The position numbers and the translations under genes are program-made. From Octopus sinensis (lineage: Eukaryota), in contig NC_042998.1 of assembly GCF_006345805.1 (NCBI RefSeq), positions 93,124,001 through 93,188,000 on the forward strand: a stretch of DNA of 64,000 bases. The letters are read 5' to 3'. Shown one piece after another: positions 1-9,922 of the stretch. Below the pieces are notes generated by a model. The model saw nothing but the letters and a program-made list of their open reading frames with translations, ran no database searches and was not told the origin of the DNA. Position 1 is the first letter of the stretch. Each line of letters opens with the position of its first letter.

Positions 1-97
1 GTTATTGGTGGTCAAATGTTTATTGAGGAAATTTTGTTTCAACTAAATTATTATTATAATTATTATCATTATTATTATTATTATCATCATTGCCTTT

Positions 98-261
98 GCG
101 CAGCTTCTAATGCTGGAGATGTACTACAGTGTCAGCTGTTCACTACCAGTGAACAAAGGTAACACCTCTTATTTTTCGAGAACTTTCTAAGGGTTGTTAC
201 CTTAGTTAGCTGGTAGTGAACAGCTGACACCATAGTACATCTCCAGCATTAGAAGCTGAGC
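98..261. mobile_element. Palindromic MITE-like element (about 55-bp inverted arms)
   Basis: Left arm GCAGCTTCTAATGCTGGAGATGTACTACAGTGTCAGCTGTTCACTACCAG is nearly the reverse complement of the right arm CTGGTAGTGAACAGCTGACACCATAGTACATCTCCAGCATTAGAAGCTGAGC; embedded in (ATT/ATC)n. Confidence 0.7.
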
Positions 262-265
262 ATCA

Positions 266-305
<40 letters not shown>

Positions 306-325
306 CATTATTGTTATTATTATTA

Positions 326-533
326 AGGTGGCAAGCTGGTAAAATCATAAGCATGCTGGGCAAAATGCTTAGCATTTCATCCATCTTTACATTCAAATTC
401 TTCCGGGGTCAACTTTGCCTTTCATTCTTTAGGGGTCAATAAAATAAAGTACCAGTTGAACACTGGGGTTGAGATAATCGACTTAAACCGGCCTCTAAAC
501 TTGCTGGCCTTGTGCCAAAATTTGAAACCATTA

Positions 534-579
<46 letters not shown>

Positions 580-607
580 CATTATTATTATTATTATTAT
601 TATTATT
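326..607 (+). mobile_element. tRNA-derived SINE (family A) with (ATT)n tail
   Basis: Head GGTGGCAAGCTGGTAAAATC, body GTCAACTTTGCCTTTCATTC...GTACCAGTT shared with copies at 2230, 49317 and 51015; (ATT)n tail 531-607. Confidence 0.75.
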
Positions 608-804
608 AGGCGAGCTGGCAGAATAGTTTTACTTTCCTACAATATAATTAATTACCATATCCTATATACTGTGTCCTTGCATATTAGGTGATTATTTCAG
701 AAATATTTTCACCTTTTAAACAAAAACTGTCTAATACATTCCTATCAATTGAAACACTCTGAATCATTTTGGAGATTTATTGTTTTAATAACAAGTTTTA
801 AAAT

Positions 805-1455
805 ATGGATAATTGCATGAGGGACACAGCATAAGGGCGTTAGTGTAGAAGGAGAGAATGGTTGCATGAGGAACAGCAGGAGGAAATAAGGAATCAAAAT
901 CGTTTGAGAATGAGACAAAGAAATTAAATAAACCAAGAGGAGAGGGAGCATATCCTACGACATAGGAGGGAAAGAAATCAGCAAAGGATAGAACAAATGA
1001 GCCAGGACTAAAGAGAAGTGTATTTTCAAAATAAGAGAGATAGAGATCAACAGAATCGAGAACACATGAGTCAAGAGCAAAAGCAGCTGTACTTAGAAAA
1101 TATGAGAAACAGAGTTCAAGAAAGAAGGTAAATTATGGAAGAAGATGAAACACAGAATTATTTTATGACAGACAGAACTCAAATAAGATGGAATATAATA
1201 AAAGAACAACAAAATTCTCAATTTATGATTAGTGAGGTGAACGTAGTATGCCCGCACTGTCAAGCACATAGATTTCCACAGGAAGCATTTAATTGCTGCC
1301 ATAATGGTAAGGTTTTCTTGCCTAATTAAACCAACTTTTGGGAAAATACCAACATTAAAGGAATGAACTTTGGACAGAACATCAGAAACTATAATTCAAT
1401 GTATTCATTCACCTCATTTGGAGCCAATGTTACACCATCCCCTGGTCATGGCTCT
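805..1455 (+). mobile_element. Decayed Helitron Rep/helicase N-terminal remnant
   Basis: E/Q/R-rich coiled-coil stretch with stops, then CPHCQAHRFPQEAFNCCHNGKVFLP (ORF 1135-1329) and NIRNYNSMYSFTSFGAN, matching the Helitron CxxC...CC..GKV.LP and NIR.YN...FTS.G motifs. Confidence 0.75.
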
Positions 1456-1849
1456 GTCGCAATATACTTTTCTACTATAGGCACAAGTCCTAAAATTTTT
1501 CGGGGGGGGGGGGCAGTCGATTAGATCGACCCCAGTACGCAACTAGTACTTAATTTATTTCTATATTTTTTGTTAAGTTACAGTTTCCCTGTTTTGTTCA
1601 GGATTTTTCCAGTTTCTTTTTTCTTGTATCAAGTAATGGACGATAGAATTTAAAAAAAATTAAATTTATAAGGCCAAGCAAAATCAAAAATATCAATTCT
1701 ATTTTCTCCTTTCCTTGATACTAACAAAAGAGATATTTGGTTATTATTTCTTGCAAATTGAACAACCACACAGAGTTGTTCAATTGGCTCATTTGTTGAT
1801 GTGTATAAGTAAACAAAAACTAAAAGACACATAAACACATACACACACA

Positions 1850-2070
1850 TATATATGAATGTGTCTGTGTTTGCTCCTCCCACCACCATTGCTTGACAAC
1901 CGATGTAGGTGTGTTTGCGTCCTTGTAACTTAGCTGTTCAACTGAAGAGACTGATAGAATAAGCAACAGGCTTACAGGGAATAAGTCCAGGTGTCAATTT
2001 CTTTGACTAAAGGGTGGTGCTCCAGCATGGCCACTGTAAAATGAGTGAAACAAGAAAAAGAATAAAAGAA
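1850..2070 (+). mobile_element. SINE family B, 3' half
   Basis: TTGCTTGACAACCGATGTAGGTGTGTTT...GGTGGTGCTCCAGCATGGCC...GAAACAAG; matches the 3' halves at 45380-45590 and 50530-50735. Confidence 0.7.
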
Positions 2071-2229
2071 CACAAGAAAAACGTTCCATACTACTAAATC
2101 AAGAGGGTTCTCTGAATATGTACGATGTATTTTAAGACTAAATAGTAATTCTGTTTACATTTGCATAACAGTTATTTTGGTTGGATTATATAGTTATCGT
2201 TTATACCCTCCTTTCTATATTCTGTAACT

Positions 2230-2456
2230 GTCGCAACATACTTTTCTTCTATAGGCACAAGTCCTGAAACTATTGTGGGGAGAGGGCCAGTCAATTAGAT
2301 CGACCCTAGTACACAACTGGTACTTAATTTATTGACCCCGAAAGGATGAAAGGCAAAGTCGACCTTGGCAGAATTTGAACTCAGAACGTAAAAACAGAGA
2401 AAATACCACTAAGCATTTCACCTGGCGTGCTAACGATTCTGCCAGCTTGCTACTTT
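2230..2456 (-). mobile_element. tRNA-derived SINE (family A), full length
   Basis: Reverse complement of the copy at 49317-49532; AATTTGAACTCAGAACG reads as a B-box on the minus strand. Confidence 0.8.
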
Positions 2457-2559
2457 AATTGTCACAATATAGAAACATTTCTCATGGCACTAGGACACAA
2501 TTTATAGATGCTTATATTTTTAATATTTTCTGTGAATTTTTGACAGGTCCAGCTAGTTA

Positions 2560-2611
<52 letters not shown>

Positions 2612-2612
<1 letters not shown>

Positions 2613-3040
2613 GAGTGAGAGAGCAGTGCATGTCATCAAAGTGACACTGGGGTAAAATATACGAAGCCCAGTATACCCATCATGACTACCCGTCTGGTAA
2701 GGGTATGCTTAGCACATGCACCACAACCATATGTGCGCGACATGGTGATCACATAACAAGATAAACAGCGCATGACCTTGTAGGTGGGACCCAGTTAAAA
2801 TTTTCTTCTAGTCGAGTAGCCCATCCTGCTCAAAAGGTCCCTAAATAAGGATTGTTTAAAGATGTTGAATGAACCACCCATGTTTCCAAAGGTGAATTAT
2901 CCAAACCACCAAGAATTCCTTTCAACACATGGCTATGATGCTCCCCCACTATTTCTGCTTGTGATCAGAGATGCACATATTGTCAGCCACTAAGAGACAA
3001 GATCAACTGGTTATGGTCAAACAACTGACAAGCAAATCTG
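2612..3040 (-). mobile_element. Unclassified retroposon-like repeat with (ATT)n tail
   Basis: Higher-complexity 430-bp segment directly abutting an (ATT)n tract at 2560-2612; no ORF; single copy in this window. Confidence 0.4.
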
Positions 3041-3360
3041 TATATATATATCAATTAAATATAAGGATAAAATCTATAAAAGAATTTTATGAAATGACCA
3101 GTGTGTAAGACGAATTAAGGTAAAAAAATTAATACTACATATATAAGTTTTTAAAATTACATTATTACATTAAGGGAAGCTAAAGTCAAACTACTATATC
3201 AAATATACAGATGCTCTGAAATCGAGGAAATGTTCTTTGCTCTTTCTTTATTTCCTTGACTTCAGTGCATGTGTATATTTGCTTTAGTAGTTTGACTTTA
3301 GTGCCCCTTTCCAGCATGAGGATTTACTTATAGTAACAGCCCTTTAATGTAATAATAATT

Positions 3361-3722
3361 ATAAGAGCACTCAGAGAGTGAAAACCTCCACCAAGGCAAC
3401 ACCAATGTCTTCTCAATGATTAACCAGAGATGATTTTTAAAATGAGAATATCTGAAATAAACTCGGCTGCTTTCACAAATGAGAATACTAAAAATGAACC
3501 CAATTGATCTTAAAAGTTAAGTAAAAAAAAAAATCCAGTACCAGACAGAATCCTTGTCTGGTACTGAATCGGCCCTAAAATCTAATCGGTTCGTGCCAGT
3601 CACAAGGTCAAACATCCCTGAAAGTTTCATCCAAATCCATCCAGTAGTTCTTGTCCACAGACAAACAAATAAACAAACATGACTGAAAACAATACCTCCA
3701 CCTTCACTAAGGTGGAGGTAAT
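3361..3722 (+). mobile_element. Non-autonomous Helentron/DINE-1-like element
   Basis: 5' subterminal ACCTCCACC (3384) is inverted to the 3' hairpin ACCTCCACCTT-CACT-AAGGTGGAGGT (3694-3719); internal palindrome CAGTACCAGACA...TGTCTGGTACTG; (ACAA)n near the 3' end. Confidence 0.6.
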
Positions 3723-4147
3723 AATATATAAATATATGTGTGTGCATAAATACACCATAAATGTTCTAGTTTAATTGTCAGGGGTTAGCTGTAATTTTTC
3801 TTTCAGCACATTATCCTGATTACTCTTAATCTAGCTCTCTTCTTTCCCCTCCTTATGTCTTTTTCTCCGGCTTCCTCTTATCTTTTATCTCTGGTGATCT
3901 GTTTAAAGAAATAATTTAATGTGACATTGTCTGCTGATTTTTTTTATGACCCAAAGGCCTATAAAATCTGGTTAGATCTCAATACGGCTCCACTCTCTTC
4001 ATTGTTGCTGAACCAAATTTAAATTTTTAATTCTCCGGAAGAAAACAGCTTTTTCACGATGTAATCAAATTATTCATCAATAAAAAATGCACCTGAAAGA
4101 GCTGTAGAGAACCTTTAACCTATTTCTGTTCAAATGTAATAATGTTA

Positions 4148-4150
4148 TAC

Positions 4151-4224
<74 letters not shown>

Positions 4225-4256
4225 GTCTATCTATTTATCTATCTATCTATCTATCC

Positions 4257-4292
<36 letters not shown>

Positions 4293-4360
4293 GCATGTAT
4301 GCATGAGTGTATGTATGCATGTATATATGCATGTATGTATATATATATATATATATATAG
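4148..4360. repeat. (TATC)n, (TA)n and (ATGT)n compound microsatellite
   Basis: Directly visible; abuts the 3' end of the Penelope-like element. Confidence 0.95.
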
Positions 4361-4534
4361 ATAAGAAAGTTTGTTTGGTAAAGCACGTGGGCGAATATAT
4401 AAGAAAATAGTAAAGTGTGAAAAAACGACAGAAGGCTTAAATGTTAAAAAATATATATATTTGTGTCAAAATGTCTGGAGAATATTGGAAAAATTTTTTT
4501 CCTTTCCTTAAAATGACATAATTTTAAAATTTTA

Positions 4535-4574
4535 AAAAAATTACCGGTTTCGCGTGTAGCTTTTCAAATTTCTT
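4535..4574 (-). ncRNA. Minimal type I hammerhead ribozyme-like motif (U3-A8 variant)
   Basis: AAGAAAU UUGAAAA GC-UACAC-GC GAAA CCGG UA AUUUUUU: 7-bp stem I, 2-bp stem II, palindromic stem III, GUA cleavage triplet; lies in the PLE 3' UTR. Confidence 0.65.
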
Positions 4575-4709
4575 GTGACGTTATGTTTATATTGCATGGA
4601 GTTATCGTTGTCTTTATTTTTAGGAGATTTCTAAATAAGGGGAGGTAGTGAGTGATTTCTTCCGGTGTAAGGGAGATAATCGCTTAAAAATTTTTTTCCC
4701 TTTCCCTTG

Positions 4710-6575
4710 TTAATTTCTCTGTGTCAGTATGTTCGGATGGTTGAGTCTGGGTTTGTACTTTTCAATGAAGAATGTTTCCTTGTTCAGTCTCATTTGTGTT
4801 GATGATCCGAAAGCACATTGGTAAAATGGGAAGATTAAAAATTGTGGCAGTAGTTGCTTTGCGCATTTCTCAATGTGCTCACTAAAAGGTATCATTCTAT
4901 ATTCTGGGAATGCAATCTGTTGTCGATGCAGTGTGCATCTACGCCTGAGTGATAGTCCCGTGGAACCCACGTAGTCTTGGTGGCAGCCCGAGCATTTAAT
5001 GACATAAATTATGTTTTCAGAGGCACAAGTAAAGTTAGATTTGATCTTGAATTTCTGTCCCTCTTTAAAGAAGAATTCTGATCCTTCCAATAGGTTAGGA
5101 CATGTTGCACAGTTCGATCTACCACATTTTTTTACTTTTGCATCCGTAATTTTAGAGGACAATTTTGCCTTTGTGAGAATCTTTTTAAGTGATTTAGGCT
5201 GTTTGTAGCTTTTAATGATTTGGTGTATGTTTAGAATTTCGTTTAATTTTGGGTTTTTATGAAGTATTGGTAAATTCTGGGTGATGATGATGAAGGCTTC
5301 TTTGTTTCTGGGGTTGTATGTAGATATGTAAGGTAGTATTTTCGGGGAAGGTGTGTTGTTGTGTTGAACTTTTCTTAAAGTTTCTATGTTGATTTCTGTT
5401 GCCCGTCTGATCCCATCCTCTATGAGTTGAGCTGGGTAATGTCTGTCAATTAGGGTGTTTTTGAGTTCTTGCAGTCTAAAGTTCCTGGTATTTTGTTCTG
5501 ACACTATTGTGCATATCCTTCTTGCAAGGTTGAAGGGGATGTTTGTTTTAGTGTGTCTTGGGTGGCATGAATTAAAAAGAAGGTATTGTTTGGCGTCTGT
5601 GGCTTTGTAAAAAATGTCTGTTTCTATTTTAAGGTTAATTTTTTTAATTAGTATATCCAAGAACGGGAGCTCCTTTTGGTTGTATTCCATTGTGAACTGT
5701 ATATTTGGGTTTATGCTGTTCAATAGGTTTTTAAATTTTAGGAGTTTATCTATGTTTTCATTCCAGAGAATGAAACAATCGTCTAGGAATCGTTTCCAAT
5801 TCTCTTTTATGTATTGAGAGAGGGAGTTTCCAAAGATTGACAGAGATTCCTGGTAAATGATTATTTCCATGTATCCCATTGTTAAGTTCGCAATGACTGG
5901 TGCTGCCCTTGTACCCATAGCAATTCCGGATTTTTGACGGTAAAATGTATTGTCAAACATGAAGTGGTTATTGTGTAGGATGAATTCAATTGATTTAGTA
6001 ATGAATTCCTTACTGATCCTTTTTGGTATTTCTTCCGGAAATTGGTCTAACCAGAACTGTATTGCCTCCAGTCCATAATTATGAGGTATACTGGTATACA
6101 AGTTGACTACATCAAATGAAACCAGGATTGTTTCTTCCTTGGTTTTTTTTGGAAGGTGGTTTAACATATCTAAGTCATCTCTGATATGGCTATCGATATG
6201 TTTAAGGAAGGGTTTCAGGAGGATGTCCATAAGTAGACTTAGTCTGTGTGTTTCACAGGTTGGGCCAGCTACAATGGGTCGTAGTTTTAGGTCCCCCGGA
6301 TTAGGTGTGTGTATGTATGTCTTTGGTGATTTTTTAATGGTTTCATTTATAATTTGACTTTTATGAATTTTTGGCAGACCATAGAAAAGGCTAGGTTTGC
6401 ATTTAAAGTTTGTTAGGAAATCAATCTCTTTGGTTGTCAGTTCCTTTTCATGGGTTTTAATTAGTGAAGATAAAGTTTTCATTATTTTTTGTGGGGTGTA
6501 GTTGGTAATTTTTTCATAATGTAGGTCTTCATCAAGCAAAGAAATTACAAGATTTCTGTAGTATGATGTATCCAT
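4710..6575 (-). CDS. PLE reverse transcriptase + GIY-YIG endonuclease (main frame; joins upstream ORF 6641-7105 across one frameshift)
   Basis: FYGLPKIHK, LRPIV, SFDVVNLYTSIP, GIAMGT, RFLDDCF, LPFLDI, YKATD, HPRHTK; C-x4-C-x2-C linker CGRSNCATC; IIYVIKCSGCHQDYVGST endonuclease motif. Confidence 0.93.
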   Translation of the reverse strand: MDTSYYRNLVISLLDEDLHYEKITNYTPQKIMKTLSSLIKTHEKELTTKEIDFLTNFKCKPSLFYGLPKIHKSQIINETIKKSPKTYIHTPNPGDLKLRPIVAGPTCETHRLSLLMDILLKPFLKHIDSHIRDDLDMLNHLPKKTKEETILVSFDVVNLYTSIPHNYGLEAIQFWLDQFPEEIPKRISKEFITKSIEFILHNNHFMFDNTFYRQKSGIAMGTRAAPVIANLTMGYMEIIIYQESLSIFGNSLSQYIKENWKRFLDDCFILWNENIDKLLKFKNLLNSINPNIQFTMEYNQKELPFLDILIKKINLKIETDIFYKATDAKQYLLFNSCHPRHTKTNIPFNLARRICTIVSEQNTRNFRLQELKNTLIDRHYPAQLIEDGIRRATEINIETLRKVQHNNTPSPKILPYISTYNPRNKEAFIIITQNLPILHKNPKLNEILNIHQIIKSYKQPKSLKKILTKAKLSSKITDAKVKKCGRSNCATCPNLLEGSEFFFKEGQKFKIKSNFTCASENIIYVIKCSGCHQDYVGSTGLSLRRRCTLHRQQIAFPEYRMIPFSEHIEKCAKQLLPQFLIFPFYQCAFGSSTQMRLNKETFFIEKYKPRLNHPNILTQRN

Positions 6576-7248
6576 TATTACAACTGCATTTCCCTTGTCC
6601 GCTTCCTTAATGGTTATATCTTCATCATTTTGGAGTTCTATCAGTTCTTTCCATTGTGTAGTGTTAAAATTTGGGTTAGCTTTCTGTTTATGTATAGTAT
6701 GGTAGGGGAAGTTCTCAATGTGGTTACAGAATTCGTCAAGATCTTTATTTCTTCCTCTGTGTGGGATGTGTTCACTTTGTTCTTGACTAGTGATTCATCT
6801 TCAGTATTGAAACTGTTTGATGCTTCTGCTAGTCTTAATTTTCTGCAAAATTCTGTTATATTATCCTTGAGTTCATTTAGGTTTGCTCTGCGTGGAGTTG
6901 GTGTAAATTTGAGCCCTTTTGCGAGGATGTCAATTTTTATGTTAGAAAGAGGTTTGGTTGAAAGATTGATTATCTTCGGTTTTTCCTTATTACTAGGTTC
7001 CAGCCTGTGTCCTGGTGTCCCTGGTCCCTGGCTAAAAAATGTTGGGTGTAATTTTGTTTGTATGAGTTGTCTGTGAGGTTGTGTGGTATTTGGTCGGGGG
7101 ACCAAATTTCCAGAAAAACAAAAGACAAAGACAGGTGTATAAACAACAAGCAGGTGTATTAGTTTGACACTCAGGAAGGTGAGGTCTTATAATATAGTTC
7201 ATAGCCTTGGTTTTTTATCTTATTATGCAAAAAATTCTTATGTACATA

Positions 7249-7306
<58 letters not shown>

Positions 7307-8215
7307 CACACACACGCACACATATATATATATTTATATATATATATGTATGTATATAAAAACTGTTACTCAGAGTTTCATGTTCCTGTTCGTTAGACAG
7401 TTTTGGTTGAGAATCAACCAAAACCTATTGCATGGCACCTTGTGCAAGTGTTTTCTACTATAGCTTTGGGTCAACCAAAGCCTTGTGAAAAGATTTGGTA
7501 GATGGAAGCTGTGTGTTTTTCTTTTATGCATGTATCATTAAACTCACAGCTGTGTTCAAATTTTATTTTTTATTTTAGAATCTTCCTATTTTCTTGTTTG
7601 TCTTTTGCAGTTGGTTGCAACAATGCTGTTCTTAATTTAATATTCAAAATTTCCAAACCTTCAGTCTCATTTTTGGAGCACTGAATAGTTTTGGCATTAG
7701 TATTGTTTTTATATACTATCTGAATTCATGTAGACTTTTCCATAAAACACTCTACTACATACTACAAAGCAAAGTTATATAGAAAAATACAAGTGAACAA
7801 TGTTTGCATAATCTATAAAATTCCTTTTCAAAATTGGAGATTAATCAAAGAAGCCATGCTCATATTATAAAACAATGCCAAAATAAAACACACAGATAAC
7901 ATACACATAAAAATAAACTACCACGTAGCTTTTGGTATGCAATATCTTTGATGATAACAAAATAAATCATTACAAGACTGCTGATACTGAAGGCTAAGAA
8001 TGAGAAAACCTTTTGCAGAAAAGTTTACATCAACCCAAATACTATAGCAGAAATAAATATATATATCCAAACAGTATACCAGAAACAAACAGTATATCAG
8101 ATGTCAAATATATTCAGTTCTTGAAAATGAGAATGTGAAGTTCCAGAAACATTGAATATGAGTTTAAGAACTTTGATGAGCCAAATTAAGATGTTAGAAA
8201 CTAATAAAAAAAATT

Positions 8216-8527
8216 AGCTGTGGTGGGTTATACAGAGGTGAAACATGCTACCCACTCAAAATAAGGGTAGAGGAACATCGCAAAGCTGTGACAAGGGGAG
8301 ATATTGATAAATCAGGTATAGCTGATCATGTATGGAAAAATGGAGACCACCTCCCACTGTGGGATGAAGTTAAAATAATATACAGAGGACACCACTGGAA
8401 AATACGATAACTAAAAGAAGCAGCACATATGCTAGGACACAACAACCTCCTAAGCAGACCGAGTGCAGATATGAATAGCATACGGGAACTGGTATTAAGG
8501 AAGGATAGGAGAATAATAGATTTATAA
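8216..8527 (+). pseudogene. PLE GIY-YIG endonuclease C-terminal remnant
   Basis: Manual translation SCGGLYRGETCYPLKIRVEEHRKAVTRGDIDKSGIADHVWKNGDHLPLWDEVKII...KIR*LKEAAHM, one internal stop. Confidence 0.8.
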
Positions 8528-8556
8528 GCCCTAAAATTCACTCCATAATTGCCCAT

Positions 8557-8614
8557 GGGCATATGGCATAGTGGTTAAGAGCATGGGCTACTAACCCCAA
8601 GATTTCAAGTTCAA
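8557..8614 (+). promoter_or_regulatory. tRNA-like Pol III head (A box, partial B box)
   Basis: A box TGGCATAGTGG, anticodon-like arm GGG-CTACTAA-CCC, B-box-like GTTCAA truncated by (AAT/AAC)n. Confidence 0.6.
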
Positions 8615-8676
8615 TAATAACAACAACATCGAAAAATACCTTCGAAATGAGAAACCAGGTTCGAAATTTCCCCAAG

Positions 8677-8720
8677 ACACCTGATGAAGGCTGAAGGGTA
8701 TATCAGTCAAAACATTGTGT
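8677..8720 (+). ncRNA. Decayed minimal type I hammerhead motif
   Basis: ACAC CUGAUGA A GGCUGA...UCAGUC AAAA CA UU GUGU; two CpG-to-CpA changes explain loss of GAAA and of the ACGU palindrome. Confidence 0.6.
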
Positions 8721-8799
8721 TAACAACAAACAAGATGAGGACAAATATCCGTTAAATATAAATAATGTAATAAAAGTATGTATGCATGTATGTACTTAT

Positions 8800-9104
8800 T
8801 TACGTATGTTTTGCTTTATGTATGTATTCTCATGCATATAGTTGCATATTTAGACTTACTCATTTATATTTAATTGATAAACTTCTGGAAAGTTTTACAG
8901 ATTTTTACAGTTCCAGTGATGGATTGGATCTGTAGTCTTCAAATTAGCTTACTCCTTTTTGTATTTTGAGAAGCCTAATTCCTCAAGATTGGTATTAGGC
9001 AGTGTGTTAGATATCCCAGTGCCCCAATTACAGGTATAAATCTGAACTTGTAATCTGGATAGAGGCAGATTTCTCAATAGTTCAGCATAGGTGTTCTCTT
9101 TTTC
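8800..9104 (-). mobile_element. R4/Dong-like RLE LINE 3' fragment (subfamily 1)
   Basis: Manual translation KENTYAELLRNL..YPDYKFRFIPV.IGALG...LEELGFS...RLQIQSITGTVKICKTFQKFIN*; flanked by ACAT-type repeats. Confidence 0.65.
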
Positions 9105-9118
9105 ACATGTATGTATGT

Positions 9119-9890
9119 GTTGCTTCTATTGTCTAATTATTATAAATCTTCCACTGAGGAGGGAGCTGGTTTCCAACAAAGATACAAGGTTCCATCTTTG
9201 GGATGTAGTTAATACAGACAAACTCACATTTGGAACTTGAGAAAAGTTTTGCATATTTTTAATGTTCCACTCACAGATTGTACTTGTAATGTACGAATTA
9301 GCCAGTCAATTTCCGTTTCTGAAAACCCCAGTTTATCTAGATTCTTCTTTAAGTATTTACTAACAAAACCTAGTGCTCCAATTATTAATTTGGTATGAAT
9401 ATGAATTCATTGTCTGGATATAGAAGCTGGAGGTTTCAAAGCAGTTATCCATAGATATCTTCTTTTTGTTTGATTTTCAAAGGGATATTTATATTTTCAG
9501 GGCAGCTGACCTCTATGATGGTACATACCTTTGCCCCTCTGTCCAAACAACAATATCCAGCCTGTTATATTTACATTCAACAGAAGTTTTGATGGGAATA
9601 TTCCACCAGGATTCCTTGAGTTGGTGTTTATGAATGCATTTCATAACAGAGATTTTTAAAGTTTATTTCAGGGAAGTCTTTTTTGCAGATGGCATTGTAA
9701 ATTGTTTTAGCGAGAACTTCATGCCGCATAGGGAGGTAGTACTGTGATATCTGAGGACAGCTGTTAATCACTGTCCTTCTTGTCCACCAGGTACTTTGTG
9801 GCAATCTCCTGTTCCTGGATTGTAAACACATAGCCTTCAAAGTGTGATGTGATGTAGTGTTCTTGTGTCCAAAAGAGGCTAAGCTTCATA
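9119..9890 (-). mobile_element. R4/Dong-like RLE LINE 3' fragment (subfamily 2)
   Basis: HFEGYVFTIQEQEIATKYL, INSCPQISQYYLPMRHEVLAKTIY (CCHC knuckle remnant), NRLDIVVW...IIEVSCP (PD-(D/E)xK-type nuclease), IIGALG, KICKTFLKF. Confidence 0.75.
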
Positions 9891-9891
9891 C

Positions 9892-9922
<31 letters not shown>

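Larger units (their letters stand above)
4360..7105 (-). mobile_element. Penelope-like retroelement 1 (Neptune-type), 5'-truncated, with 3' UTR/pLTR
   Basis: N-terminal LAKGLKFTPTP (ORF 6641-7105), IKEADKGNAVVIMD, RT and GIY-YIG (ORF 4710-6575), 350-bp 3' UTR containing a hammerhead-like motif. Confidence 0.92.

Noticed and set aside
4669-4683. AAGGGAGATAATC motif also seen inverted in both Helitron 5' regions (about 55915 and 60035)
   Set aside because: Too short to separate from chance or a common GATA-like site without an enrichment test.
5011-7076. Plus-strand ORFs overlapping PLE 1
   Set aside because: Antisense shadows of the RT ORF; the same holds for ORFs opposite the RTE, CR1 and PLE 2 coding regions.
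8557-8614. Possible tRNA gene (ACT anticodon-like loop)
   Set aside because: The T-arm is truncated and there is no acceptor-stem partner; kept only as a tRNA-like head.
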